From NCBI GenBank assembly GCA_950097015.1, contig CATNEN010000010.1:806001-870000 (forward strand): DNA of 64,000 bases. Direction: 5' to 3'. The position numbers and the translations under genes are program-made. Within the stretch, counting starts at the first letter, position 1. Each line of letters begins with the position of its first letter. The notes beneath the pieces were generated by a model. The model was given only the letters and a program-made list of their open reading frames with translations, searched no databases and was not told where the DNA came from. This DNA comes from Macrostomum hystrix (Eukaryota; Animalia; Platyhelminthes). Shown piece by piece: positions 1 to 12,365 of this stretch.

Positions 1-12
1 CATCATGCGAAT

Positions 13-1290
13 CTATCGCGCGCCGCAGAGTGAGAAACTCGAGCAGGTGTAACGACTGTACGTGAAATTGAGGCCCAGGAACTCCGAGCCGAATGACGCA
101 TCAAAGATTCCATTCGGTGAGATTGACGTGCAGCTCAAGAACCAGAAGCCTGAGTTTCCCCTACCGGCAGAGCACGAGCCGGCCGACTTCAAGTTGTTGG
201 TCCTGTCGAGGGTGGAGAACGGCACGCCTCTGACATCGCTGAGCGGGTCGCTGGTGAAGTTGGAGCTGCCTGTCAGGTACTCGTCATACCGCATCACGTA
301 CTGGGAAGCCGCGTCGCCGACGATGAAGTTGGACCACTCGGCGACGTACCGGGAGCCGTTCAGCACCGCCAGCTTGATGCGCAGAGTGGCTTTGGTGTCG
401 GTCGTGGTCTTGTGCAGCTGCGACAGGCCTGCGTCGGAGAATGAATAGAAGCTTTTATTCGGTTGGTATCCATCTGGAAGTGTACTTTATACGAGGAAAT
501 AATGAAAAGGCTTACTCTGAAACTTTGATACTCACCCGTTAAACAATAAAAAGGTTTGGACTTGTTTCGACGAGCCCAAATCAGCCTTCCCCTAGCTGCC
601 ACATCAGCCTTGCCCTGCCACATCAGCCTTGCCCTGCCACATCAGCCTTGCCCTGCCACATCAGCCTTGCCCTGCCACATCAGCCTTGCCCCCTGCCACA
701 TCAGCCTTGCCCTGCCACATCAGCCTTGCCCTGCCACATCAGTTTTGCCCTGCCACATCAGCCTTGCCCCCTGCCACATCAGCCTTGCCCTGCCATATCA
801 GCCTTGCCCTGCCATATCAGCCATGCCCTGCCACATCAGCCTTGCCCTTCCATATCAGCTTTGCCCTCCTCACCGGCCCAGAAGTCGTCCTTGTTGCCGA
901 AGCCGCGCTCGTAGTCGGTCCAGTTCCTGGCGAAGCTCTCTGAGCCCGTGCGACGCTGCTGGAACACCCACAGCCTGCGGCCTCCGAGCTGCTCGATGTA
1001 GCCCAGCTGTGGAGCTGAAAAGTCAGGCCTCACGCATTCTATGAAATGCAATCTGTCACCTAGCTTCCAGTAGAATTCGGTGGCACCTTCAAGCTCCGCA
1101 CAGCTGGGACTTGTCGACAAGGCGCAGACTCCGCTTAGGAAGCTGAACGACCGACAGGTCGCGTCGAGGGCGCACAGGAGGGCGCACTCGGAACTGCAGG
1201 CTGCCTTCATTGAGTTGGAGCTCGAGCTGCGGCAGCTCAGAGCCGTAGCAGCGGAAAAGGCACTGCCAGCCTGTAAGTCGTTGCTGGCCT
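13..1290 (-). CDS. PAN/apple + fibrinogen C-terminal (FReD) domain protein; 5' end unresolved
   Basis: Exon ~1290..874 reads CSSECALLCALDATCRSFSFLSGVCAL (PAN) and WVFQQRRTGSESFARNWTDYERGFG..FWAG. Donor GTGAGG at 873, acceptor ..CCGACGCAG at 429, phase 1. Exon 428..13 reads LSQLHKTT..LRIKL..FSTLDRTNN..SC..GFWF..C..NG (FReD). Confidence 0.85.
592..870. repeat. 19-bp intronic minisatellite (CATCAGCCTTGCCCTGCCA)n
   Basis: About 14 direct copies filling the donor side of the FReD intron. Confidence 0.95.
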
Positions 1291-1592
1291 GGGCTAGGGA
1301 GTAAAATAACTTCAGGCGAATGCGGCAAGGGCTCCTTCTCTGAAGTTTTTGAAGTTGCTTTCCAAGTTACAGTTAAAAGCTAGCTATTTCAAATACCCAC
1401 AATTTTCTTTCTTCTGTACCTCCAGAACAAGGGCTCAAGTTTCTAGCGTCGAGATATTCAACGATTCTCGTCGGGGTGTCTGGTGGCAAAAATCCACCAA
1501 TATGGACATTGACTTAGCTGCAGGGGGCATCCTTCGGATGCAGCGGGGAGGCGTTGCCGTCCATTCCGCTAGCCCCTGGCGACCACGGGCAA

Positions 1593-2234
1593 CTAAAGCT
1601 GCGGTGTCGCGCAGGGGGATCCGGTGATGCCGGCGTCCGCAGCGCGGTCCTCCTCCGGAGAGTCCAGGAGGTGGAGAGTCGCTCGCCCGTTGGCCCTTAG
1701 GTAACGGATGAGCTGGCAGATGTTCTCAGGCCTGAAAACGTCGGGGAGATCCGGGTTTGGGCCGAGATAGGTGAGCCTGTGCTGAGTGACGGCGGGGCAG
1801 TCGCAAATAAAATGCTCTGCATCCTCAACATAGGAGAGGCTGAAGGGGCATTCCTCACTGCGGATTTTGCCTTGCAGGAAGCGGTGCCTGGCGAAACAGC
1901 CATGGCCAGAGAGGGCCATGGTAACTGCCCTGATGTTCCTGCGGTTAAGTCCAAGCAGGGCTTTGCGAAGGGCAGTGGAGGGACAAGGGACAGCAGCGCG
2001 AGACTGCCGACAATCGGCGGTATTGATCCATCTGTCCTTGTGCTTTGAGGCCACCCACTGGTTAATCCGAGTGTTGACGACGGCGGTAGGGGTGGAGACC
2101 GCAGGCACGGGGCCAAAAAGCGAGCCCGTCGAACCGGCCTTGGCGAGGCTGTCGGCCAATTCGTTACCAGGGTGGCCAGTGTGCCCACCAATATGGGCAT
2201 ACTTTCTTCTCAGAAAATTTCGTCGTGTAATCAT
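1593..2234 (-). mobile_element. 5'-truncated non-LTR retrotransposon (I-group, LOA/R1-like): RNase H C-terminus plus CCHC-like knuckle
   Basis: [22 protein letters not shown] (RNase H GNExAD motif), then [22 protein letters not shown]. No RT domain present. Confidence 0.8.
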
Positions 2235-2415
2235 ACTACTACTACTACTACTACTGCTACTACTACTACTACTGCTACTACTACTACTACTACTACTTCT
2301 GCTACTACTACTACTGCTACTACTACTACTACTACTACTGCTACTGCTACTACTACTACTACTACTACTACTCTAACTACTACTCTAACTACTACTACTA
2401 CTACTACTACTACTG

Positions 2416-2463
<48 letters not shown>

Positions 2464-2468
2464 ATCTA

Positions 2469-2500
<32 letters not shown>
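2233..2500. repeat. (CTA)n microsatellite
   Basis: Near-pure trinucleotide run with CTG interruptions. Confidence 0.97.
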
Positions 2501-2502
<2 letters not shown>

Positions 2503-3291
2503 GCTATCGTTGCTATACTGCTAAATTTAGGATGTAAGTCGCATTGTCGGTACGATTTGGTATGTGTTTATAAAAGTTTACTTTAAGTTTTACTTACACT
2601 GAACACTTCATAAATCTGCTCTTCCGTCCCATTCCTGCCCAGCCTCTCTGGTCCAAGATAGCTGGTATCTTTGCAGAGAATTTACAAAAACTTTCAGCTA
2701 TTTCTCAAGCTGAAGCTGAAGCTTCATAAACTGATAATTGGGACATGCTCGGACAACACTTCAAAGAGCCGTGGCGACAGTCGCGCCTCTGGGCTCTGCC
2801 AGCTGAGCAAGCGGAGGCCTGGCAGGGCTCTCAGAGCGGAAAAAACTGCCTCGCGCCTACATTTCCCTCACTATTTTCCTCTGTGTTTCATCCCGTCTTC
2901 AATTTCCCAAAGGCCCGCATCAAGGGGGAGGGGGGCAAACGAAAAAGGGAGAAACAGAGGCTCGGATTTCCCTGGGCGAGCGAGCTGAGCCGGACTCTAA
3001 TGAGCAGTGTGCTCAGCCGTGCTCAGCCTCTTTTCGTTTTCGCGTGACCCCCCCATCAATGAGGCCTCCGCGGGGAACTGTGAAAACTGCTCCCCCACTG
3101 GTTTCCCATTGTGGGGATGGCGCCAGATTCTGTTTGAGCCATTTTCATCTGCCAACCTGCGAAGTGGCGGAGACACTTCAGCCAAGTTTAACACGCGGCC
3201 ATTCATTCGCCGCTCCACTTGCGAAGCGGCGGGTCAAGGGCCTGCACCGCTGATTGAAAAGTGCCTCCGTCCGCCCGTGCGAGCGCTTCCG

Positions 3292-3768
3292 AGGCTGGCC
3301 TGGTGTGTGAAGCAGCTCCCGCAGCCTCTCACTCTGGCCTGTTGTGTGAAGCAGCACCCGCAGCCTCTCACTCTGGCCTGTTGTGTGAAGCAGCTCCCGC
3401 AGCCTCTCACTCTGGCCTGTTGTGTGAAGCAGCTCCCGCAGCCTCTCACTCTGGCCTGTTGTGTGAAGCAGCTCCCGCAGCCTCTCACTCTGGCCTGGTG
3501 TGTGAAGCAGCTCCCGCAGCCTCTCACTCTGGCCTGTTGTGGGAAGCAGCTCCCGCAGCCTCTCACTCTGGCCTGTTGTGTGAAGCAGCTCCCGCAGCCT
3601 CTCACTCTGGCCTGTTGTGTGAAGCAGCTCCCGCAGCCTCTCACTCTGGCCTGTTGTGTGAAGCAGCTCCCGCAGCCTCTCACTCTGGCCTGTTGTGTGA
3701 AGCAGCTCCCGCAGCCTCTCACTCTGGCCTGTTGTGGGAAGCAGCTCCCGCAGCCTCTCACTCTGGCC
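3292..3768. repeat. 39-bp minisatellite (GCCTGTTGTGTGAAGCAGCTCCCGCAGCCTCTCACTCTG)n
   Basis: About 12 near-identical copies; 13-aa periodicity in the overlapping ORFs. Confidence 0.95.
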
Positions 3769-4729
3769 GAGAACTTCGAAGCGGCGAGCCGGTTGCTGGC
3801 CCGGGGACAGCTGCTAATGAAATTTTCACATCGCAGCGTGTTTGCCCCGGTCCGCTGTGGGAGGCCCACCCTGGGAGTCGGATGTCGGCAACTTGGGCAG
3901 CGAGTGACGGGGCCGGCCTCCACCCCCGGCCCACCGTCCTCTCCGCCCAGCTCACTAATCCCATTGCTGCCGCAAGAATATCCCCTCCGACTAAGCGGGA
4001 AATGCGAATTGTCACGTCGCCGGCCTCTCCGCCTCTCCCCTGCCCCCAGTGCCTACCACCGTCGTGGCCTGAAAAAATCCCAAAAACTCGCCTGCCGCCA
4101 GGCAACTCGGGGAATCCCTCAAGGCCCCCGCCCAACCGCCAGCAGCCCGGGTCCATTGCCGAATCTTCCTTCCCTACTGGAGCTGGGGAAAAACTCCCGA
4201 AAATTCGATTTCGCTCGCCGGCAGAATTCTATTCCGGAGGCGGCGGTCATCGATCCGCGGTGATTCGCAATGGGATGCATCCTGATTCCCATGAAATCAC
4301 CGAGTCCGCAGTGACTAACGCTGACGTAGAGCTGGCCTGAGCAGATCAGCAGCTGATATGCCTAATTCTGATTCGCTGGAGTGTGATCTGGGACCGGACT
4401 GACACACGCGCGCCAATAAAAATAGGATTTCACAGCTGAGACCAATCTTAAGCAGAAGAAGAGATTTGGCCGGCAGACTGGGTGCAACTCTGGGACCAAA
4501 GAGGCCGAATTAAACGGGAAATGGCCTGAGTTGAAGAAGGAGTTGTGAGGCCAGAGACTGAGGGTAGAAAGAGTGGTAAACTGACTAGAGATCACATTGG
4601 GAGAGAGACTGGGAAGGAGAGAATGGGAGAGCTGAGACTGGGAGAGCTGAGGGTGAGAGAGGGGAGAGGGAGACGGCCAAAAAGCTGGTAGGGGCGGAGC
4701 CGAGAGATCAGGGCAGTATGGGTGGCTAA

Positions 4730-4793
4730 ACATCCAGCCAGCCAGCCATCCAGCCATCCAGCCATCCAGCCAGCCATCCAGCCATCCAGCCAT

Positions 4794-4824
<31 letters not shown>

Positions 4825-5253
4825 TCCAGCCATCCAGCCAGCCAGCCATCCAGCCATCCAGCCATCCAGCCATCCAGCCAGCCATCCAGCCATCCAGCCA
4901 TCCAGCCAGCCAGCCAGCCAGCCAGCCATCCAGCCATCCAGCCAGCCAGCCATCCAGCCATCCAGCCATCCAGCCAGCCAGCCATCCAGCCATCCAGCCA
5001 GCCAGCCAGCCATCCAGCCAGCCATCCAGCCATCCAGCCAGCCATCCAGCCATCCAGCCATCCAGCCATCCAGCCATCCAGCCAGCCAGCCAGCCAGCCA
5101 GCCATCCAGCCATCCAGCCATCCAGCCAGCCAGCCAGCCAGCCAGCCATCCAGCCATCCAGCCATCCAGCCAGCCAGCCAGCAATCCAGCCAGCCAGCCA
5201 TCCAGCCAGCCAGCCAGCCAGCCAGCCATCCAGCCATCCAGCCATCCAGCCAT

Positions 5254-5288
<35 letters not shown>

Positions 5289-5309
5289 TCCAGCCAGCCA
5301 GCCATCCAT

Positions 5310-5345
<36 letters not shown>
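4730..5345. repeat. compound (CCAG)/(CCAT)n tetranucleotide repeat
   Basis: Direct reading. Confidence 0.97.
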
Positions 5346-6034
5346 TCAGTAGGTGGAGAGTAATTAACAAAGTGCGGAGAGAACCATCAGCAGTTGGGGA
5401 TTGTGTCGAATCTCGTCCTGCTAGGTTTCCAGGGCGGACAGGGGAGCGGCCGGTGGGTGTTCAGGCTGCGCAGGTGCTGGCGAGGCTTGAAGGCACAGGA
5501 GAGGAGTGCTCAGAGCTCGGTAGTCAGTGAAGTACGCTGGTCGGACGAGACCTTGAGTACATGCTTTATTTCAGTTTTGATACGTTCCGATATGCCACAG
5601 GGCCGGCCATAACGGAAGCGGGCAGGTGAGTGAATATACAGGAGAGTGAAGAGCGCGGTGGGGTGGGTGGACCCCAGGGGAGGGGAGGCGCAGTGATGAG
5701 GACACTCTAGCCGAAAATTCCTTTTCACCATCGCAGAGACTGAGGGCTGTTGAATATTTTCAGAAGCCAGCAAGGGGTAATCTCCTCATTGCCTGGGATT
5801 AGGCGCCTCGCCTCCCTTCCCCGAACGGTGTCAAAGATGGGAAAACAAGCAAGCAATTTGAGGGGAGCGAAAATCTCGAGTACACTCAGATGAGGCTGGG
5901 CAGCAAGCACTGAGTAGCAATTCCCACAGTTTCATTGAGTTGCACAGAGGGAGTTAAAATTGCACATTAAAAACGCATTTGAGCTGCATCAAGCGGCTGC
6001 AGCAAAAGTGCAAAAGCGGCCGGAGGGTGCCACG

Positions 6035-6766
6035 TCACACGTCGGACTGCCTGGCGTCCCACAGGTCAAAGTCGGAGAAACTCTGCGGCAGAGCCGCGTC
6101 CAGGTGTGCGGGGATCACCAGGGCCGAGTCCTCCAGCAGGACGGCACCTGGCCGAGGCTGGGACAGCAGAGGTGGGGGCGGCTGCTGCTGCTGCTGTTGC
6201 TGCAGAGCTGCAGCCGATGCACCGTCGACCAGATGCGGTGGGTCCTTGCGCGGCACGGCAATCTTGGACAGCTGGAGGCTCCTCTTGGCCAGGGCGGCCA
6301 GCGCGTCCTGGTCGGACCGGATCGTGTGGTCCAGCCGCTGCACCTGCCGCTTGATTGAGAACTTCAGCGCGTAATAGTGCACATAGTACACCAGCAGCAG
6401 CAACACTCCCAGCGCGATGAAGGAGGAGCAAAAGTACACGGCCGGATAGTCGCCCTCCTTCAGCGACTCGATGCTGAGCAGTAGGATGAATAGGCCCAAA
6501 ATGGTCATGATGATGCCCACCATGAGCTCCAGCCACAGGGCCACCCGGCAGAAGTAGCGCCTGTCGTAGCAGAGAATCCGCTGCCTGCTGGCTGTTCTCG
6601 AGGCTCGCGGCGGCCTACGCCGCGGCGACAAGAGTCGAGCGCCGGCCTCGACATCGTCGCCTGCAGACATTTCGCCGCTATCGACGTACCGGAAGGCGGC
6701 GCGGCTAGCGGGGCTGCTGATGGCGGCGGAAGCCGACGAAGACGACAGGCTCGGGCCGGCTGGCAT
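6035..6766 (-). CDS. Orphan two-transmembrane protein (243 aa from first ATG; frame open upstream to ~6985)
   Basis: GC-rich coding-like ORF with two hydrophobic helices (VALWLELMVGIIMTILGLFILLLSI; AVYFCSSFIALGVLLLLVYYVHYY) followed by a helical segment. Family not recognised. Confidence 0.65.
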   Translation of the reverse strand: MPAGPSLSSSSASAAISSPASRAAFRYVDSGEMSAGDDVEAGARLLSPRRRPPRASRTASRQRILCYDRRYFCRVALWLELMVGIIMTILGLFILLLSIESLKEGDYPAVYFCSSFIALGVLLLLVYYVHYYALKFSIKRQVQRLDHTIRSDQDALAALAKRSLQLSKIAVPRKDPPHLVDGASAAALQQQQQQQPPPPLLSQPRPGAVLLEDSALVIPAHLDAALPQSFSDFDLWDARQSDV

Positions 6767-8162
6767 CGATGCGGGCGGTGCTGGCAGCGGCGAGTTTCTC
6801 GGAAAGCTGCCGGCCTTGCCGCATCGCTCTGACTGGCCGGCCGGGCTTTCAACAGCTGCGGCGGCTGCTGCGGCGGCCTGGGAGGAGTCTAGTCTGCGGC
6901 TTGAGCCCCCGATCGTGCTGATGGCTGCCTGAGTCCGCGCGCTTTCCCTGCCTGGAGCTGCACCGGAGTCTGAGATCCGCCGTCTTTAACGCATCATTCT
7001 CGTACACAGCCGCTAAGCGCCTTTCCAATTTTCAATCCGCTGGCTACAGCGGGCGAACTCAAGCCTTCGCTGAGCACTATGGGACCGGGCTGCAGCGGAG
7101 GGGAAGGAAGATGAGGAGGGGATCCGAAACGCCTCACTCAGCTCAACCTCCGGGCGTGCCAAGTGCTCAAGTGCGATTTTTCAGCACTCCAGCAGCCGCT
7201 CAGCCAATCACAGCCGCCCTCCCCTGCCACCGACTCTGCATCCCCTGCTTCCCTCTTGGCCCGGGTCCTTTGAGCTCACCGCATTAGGGTAGCGGGCGCG
7301 AAGTGGAAGCCAGGAGAGCACTCGGCAGCTGACAGCGGCTTCCGGACTGAATGGACCGGAGGGTCGCCATTGTTCCTTTTCCCAATTCTCCACAATTTAT
7401 TCCCATTTCCTGTCCGTCAGCGGCCCAGATGGCTGCGCATTAGAGAAAAACTGACAATTTCCGCCAATCTGGCCGGCTGTGCTCCGCTCCCGCACACCCA
7501 GAATTTCCGCCCCAGCTGATGCTGCTACCCGGCTTACAGTTGGATGCGCTGAAGCACTAGCAAATAAAGAGTGTTGCTCTTGGACACAAATCGCTTCCAC
7601 TGGGATGACATTCGAACTCTCGACCTCCCCCGTCAGAGGTCCTACCAGCTCACTATTCACTAGACTTATACTGCGCATTCGCTTTATGACATGCGACCCA
7701 TCTCGGCCCTAGTAAATAATGTAGCCCACAAAATAGATTCAGCTTTGACGTGCAGCAGCCCATTGAGGCATCTGTAACCAGGCGGCCCCGCCCGCTGCCA
7801 TGGCCTCGCGGCTGAAAACTCCAATTAGAAATCATTAGCGAGAGAGGCGGGCCAGCTGCAAGGATCTGGTGCTGCTCGCATGGATCCCAGCTCTGCTTTC
7901 GGGGAAGAAATTCCATGATAAAATAAAAGAGAAAGAAAATGCTAGCTCTCAAAAATCGAATCTGACACGGAATGGCCCGCCAGCAGCCACAGCAGAAATG
8001 AAGAGATGAGAAGCTGCTGAGCATGAGCTGAGCACCCACACAAGGCCAGCCCAGCTGGCGTGCACTTTTCTGCAGCTAGGGACCGCGTGTGGGTGGGCGG
8101 GGTTGAGCTGCAGTGCTTACCTGGCGGGATCTGTTAGTACCGGCCCTTGAGAGTCAAATAGC

Positions 8163-9252
8163 TGACACAGGGAGACAGGGAGACAGGGAGACAGAGAGAC
8201 AGAGAGACACAGAGACAGAGAGACACAGAGACACAGAGATAGAGAGACAGAGAGACACAGAGACAGAGAGACACAGAGACACAGAGACAGAGAGACACAG
8301 AGACAGAGATACAGAGAGATAGAGAGACAGAGAGACAGAGAGACAGAGAGACAGAGAGACAGAGAGATAGATAGATGGAGAGAAAGAGAGATAGAGAGAC
8401 ACAGAGACAGAGAGAAAGGGAGACAGAGATACAGAGAGATAGAGAGACAGAGAGACAGAGAGACAGAGAGACAGAGAGATAGATAGATGGAGAGAAAGAG
8501 AGATAGAGAGACACAGAGACAGAGAGAAAGGGAGACAGAGAGACACAGAGACAGAGAGACAGAGATAGAGAGACAGAGAGACAGAGAGACAGAGAGACAG
8601 AGAGATAGAGAGACAGAGAGATAGAGATACACAGAGACAGAGAGATATATAGATAGAGAGAAAGAGAGATAGAGAGACACAGAGACAGAGAGACACAGAG
8701 ACACAGAGACAGAGAGATAGATAGATAGACAGAAAGAGAGATAGAGAGACACAGAGACAGAGAGAAAGGGAGACAGAGAGATAGATAGATAGAGAGAAAG
8801 AGAGATAGAGAGACACAGAGACAGAGAGAAAGGGAGACAGAGAGACACAGAGACAGAGAGACAGAGAGATAGAGAGACAGAGAGACAGAGAGACAGAGAG
8901 ACAGAGAGATAGAGAGACAGAGAGATAGAGAGACACAGAGACAGAGAGACACAGAGACAGAGAGACACAGAGACACAGAGACAGAGAGATATATAGATAG
9001 AGAGAAAGAGAGATAGAGAGACACAGAGACAGAGAGACACAGAGACACAGAGACAGAGAGATAGATAGATAGAGAGAAAGAGAGATAGAGAGACACAGAG
9101 ACAGAGAGAAAGGGAGACAGAGAGATAGATAGATAGAGAGAAAGAGAGATAGAGAGACACAGAGACAGAGAGAAAGAGAGATAGAGAGACACAGAGACAG
9201 AGAGACAGAGAGACACAGAGACACAGAGACAGAGAGATAGATAGATAGAGAG
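8163..9252. repeat. AG-rich compound microsatellite (GA/GACA/GATA)
   Basis: Direct reading. On the minus strand it is a CT tract ending at a candidate acceptor of a 41-nt exon (~8162..8122, followed by donor GTAAGC). Confidence 0.95.
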
Positions 9253-9729
9253 AAAGAAAAGAAAGAAAAAAAATGAAAAAATTAATAATATTTATGACTG
9301 ATTTCATTATTTAATAGGGCCAAATGGGAAGTCAGTTTGAAGGAAGCCTAGCGATTGAGAGGCAATGAGAATGAAGGGAAACATATTAGAGAAAGATAAA
9401 AAGGAAATGAGAATGCTACAAACTAGTGATAAGTAAAAGTACAGCTATGCGTGTACATGTATAGATACTTTCGTACAGTAACAAAAGACCGCAGATTGCG
9501 TTTCCTATGACATTGTTGTTTCACCCAGTCAGAGCTGTTGCTGTTGGCTGCTGTGCAGTGAGAATTTATTAAGAGAAATTGAAATGCTGCTCTGAGTATC
9601 TTCAATAGCTCGTCTTTTAGTTGGCTCAATCTTATGCACAGCAGCCGGAATTGATACAAGCACACACTTTCAATATTCAATAGAGTGGCTTTTGCAACAG
9701 CTCTGTCAGCCCGCTGCCTGCAGCCACAG

Positions 9730-11678
9730 TCACAGCTGGCAGCCGATGTGCAGCACCGAGTGGCCCACAGGAATGCCGGCTGCGAACCTGGCGATGCCGA
9801 CCCGGTGGCAGGGGGCGCGGAAGAACAGCAGCTCGCCGGGCCGCAGGGACACCGCGCGCATCCCGGTTCCGCAGTCGCAGCCGGGCCGCGGTGTCAGGGT
9901 GACGAGCACCGGCTCGCCGTCCAGCAGCGTCAGGTGGATGTTCTGCATCTCGCGGGGCAGTCGCAGCGGCGCCTCGTTGCCGGACCGCCAGCCAGAGCCG
10001 AGGAAGACCAGCTGGCGGATGAGGCCAATCTCCATCTCCGGCGCCACGAATGCCGGCCTGGGGATCAGGCGGCGCAGCAGGCGGGCGGCCTCCACGTGCA
10101 TGACCCGCCAGGCGACGGGAATCGAGGCCGGCGGCCCGGACGGATCTGCGAAGACGGCGGAGAGGCCGCCGGACAGGGCCCGCTCATCGCCCTCGGGAGT
10201 TGAGGGCAGGTGGCTGACCCAGTTGTAGCCGGTTGACTCAATCTGGTCACGGTGAGTCAGGTACAACTGGCGGAGGTCGGCGTAGGTTACATTGGCGCCG
10301 CCGTTGGTCAGGACGAAGGGCTTCGGCCGGGGCCGGGATGCAACGGCGCGGTAGTTAGCCACCGCGGCGGTCATATTGCGCAGCCTCGACTGGCGCACTT
10401 CGAAGTTGCAGATGCAGCAGGTCTCTGGGGCTGATTGGGTTGGTGCGAGAGGCAAGCTATCAATGGCAAGCTTTATAAAACACACGAGCAGTCCAATCTA
10501 CCCGATCAATCTCAAAACTCAGAGATCAATCCTGATTTCATCTGTCCCCAAATCCACCTGTCCCCAAATCCGCCTGTCCCCAAATCCACCTGTCCCCAAA
10601 TCCACATGTCCCCAAATCCACCTGTTCCCAAATCCACCTGTCCCCAAATCCACCTGTCCCCAAATCCACATGTCCCCAAATCCACCTGTCCCCAAATCCA
10701 CCTGTTCCCAAATCCACCTGTCCACAAATCCACCTGTCCCCAAATCCACATGTCCCCAAATCTACCTGTCCCCAAATCCACCTGTGCCTAAATCCACATG
10801 TCCCCAAATCCACATGTCCCCAAATCCACCTGTCCCCAAATCCACCTTTTCCCAAATCCACCTGTCCACAAATCCACCTGTCCCCAAATCCACATGTCCC
10901 CAAATCTACCTGTCCCCAAATCCACCTGTGCCTAAATCCACCTGTCCCCAAATCCACCTGTCCCCAAACCCACCTGTCCCCAAATCCACCTGTCCACAAA
11001 TCCACCTGTCCCCAAATCCACCTGTCCCCAAATCCACCTGTCCCCAAATCCACCTGTCCCCAAATCCACCTGTCCCCAAATCCACCTGTCCCCAAATCCA
11101 CCTGTCCCCAAATCCACCTGTTCCCAAATCCACCTGTCCACAAATCCACCTGTCCACAAATCCACCTGTCCCCAAATCCACCTGTGCCTAAATCCAGCCC
11201 TCAACGCACCAGCACCAGCAGGTGCAGTCTGGTTGAGCTTCGCAGGCGCAGCGGCAGCAGCGGCGGGCCACAGCGCCGGTAGGGGCACAGGCAGGAGGCA
11301 GGGCGCCTCGGACACGGCCTGATCCTGCAGATAGCGCAGTCGGTGCAGGCCAAGTGCTACAGACACTTGTCTCAGGCGGAAGCTCATTGTGGTGACCGTG
11401 TCCTCCAGCTGGCCAGTCTGACGAAGGTGCCATCGCGCGGCGGCTCCGCAGGCGGCCAGCAGCAGCAGCAGCAGCGCGATTCGCAGCAGGGCCACTGCGC
11501 ACACGCGCGGCAAGGCGTGCACCCGGCGCTCGACTTCAAAAAGGCGCCGATTCAATTTGCGCCTTCTTAGAATGCAGGCCTCGGCGAACTGCCACCAGGC
11601 CGGGTCGGCGTCCTTGGAGAGCAGGAGGCTGCGGTTGTCCGCCATCAGCTGCGCGAGGCGAAGTTCCAGTGATTCCAT
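9730..11678 (-). CDS. Type II membrane cupin-like protein, C6orf89/bombesin-receptor-activated-protein-like (2 exons, ~389 aa)
   Basis: Exon 11678..11210 (ATG; TM segment VCAVALLRIALLLLLLAACG), donor GTGCGT. Phase-1 acceptor CCAATCAG, exon 10430..9730 (CCIC..; RLLRRLIPRPAFV; VTLTPRPGCDCG..VSLRPGELLFF). Family assigned from remembered motif similarity only. Confidence 0.6.
10543..11197. repeat. 16-bp intronic minisatellite (TCCCCAAATCCACCTG)n
   Basis: About 40 copies starting ~12 bp inside the donor end of the intron. Confidence 0.95.
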
Positions 11679-12365
11679 GGGCACAGTTTGGAGTTTTCCA
11701 GCACAGCACCGCAGTCTCTGCCTGTGAGTTTCTCTATTAACCAGTGGCTCCTTTTCCGCCGTCCCTTTTTAGCAACTTTTAGCTCAGCTGAGCTCTTATC
11801 GCCTGACTCGAAGGCCCTAATCTTATCAGCTAAGGCCGGAGCGAATTTCAATACGGTGCACTACAAAATAGAGTTCAGGCTTAATTTATTTCTACTTATG
11901 CTACTCACTTCAGTAGGAAAAAGCACGTTTTTTCTATTTTGACATTAGAAATATAATTCAGGGCTGTCAATTTCGATGCCTGATTCAAAATTAATAAAAG
12001 TGGCTGCACTTCTGACTTGTTTCGCACGCAACTGTCTATCTGGCCCAGCCTCGTGTCTCCTCTTTTCAAGAGGAAGAAATGATAACAAAGCCGTCCGCTG
12101 GGGGCGTGCACGCGAACTGGCCTGCCTTCAAGTTCCCAATTACCTGAAGCAGAAAAATTAACAACAAAAAGCTGCCTGACAGCCAAAAATGCGTTGGGGA
12201 GCAGCGCCACAGATCTGCGGGGAGGCGGGGTAGGCGGGGATCTGCTGAGTTAATCCCCAAACTTGTACGACGGCCCGAAAGTAGACTCATCTAGGCCTGG
12301 CCCTGGCGCTTCCTTCCGACAAGTCAGGGCCTTCCGTCCACCGGCTGCCGGCTGGTTATCAGCTC

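Noticed and set aside
3007-5370. Long ORFs (418, 359, 315 aa etc.) over the 39-bp and CCAG arrays
   Set aside because: Open in several frames and on both strands only because the repeat units lack stops; no domain content
8117-9307. 396/360/356-aa Leu/Ser ORFs
   Set aside because: Translations of the AG microsatellite
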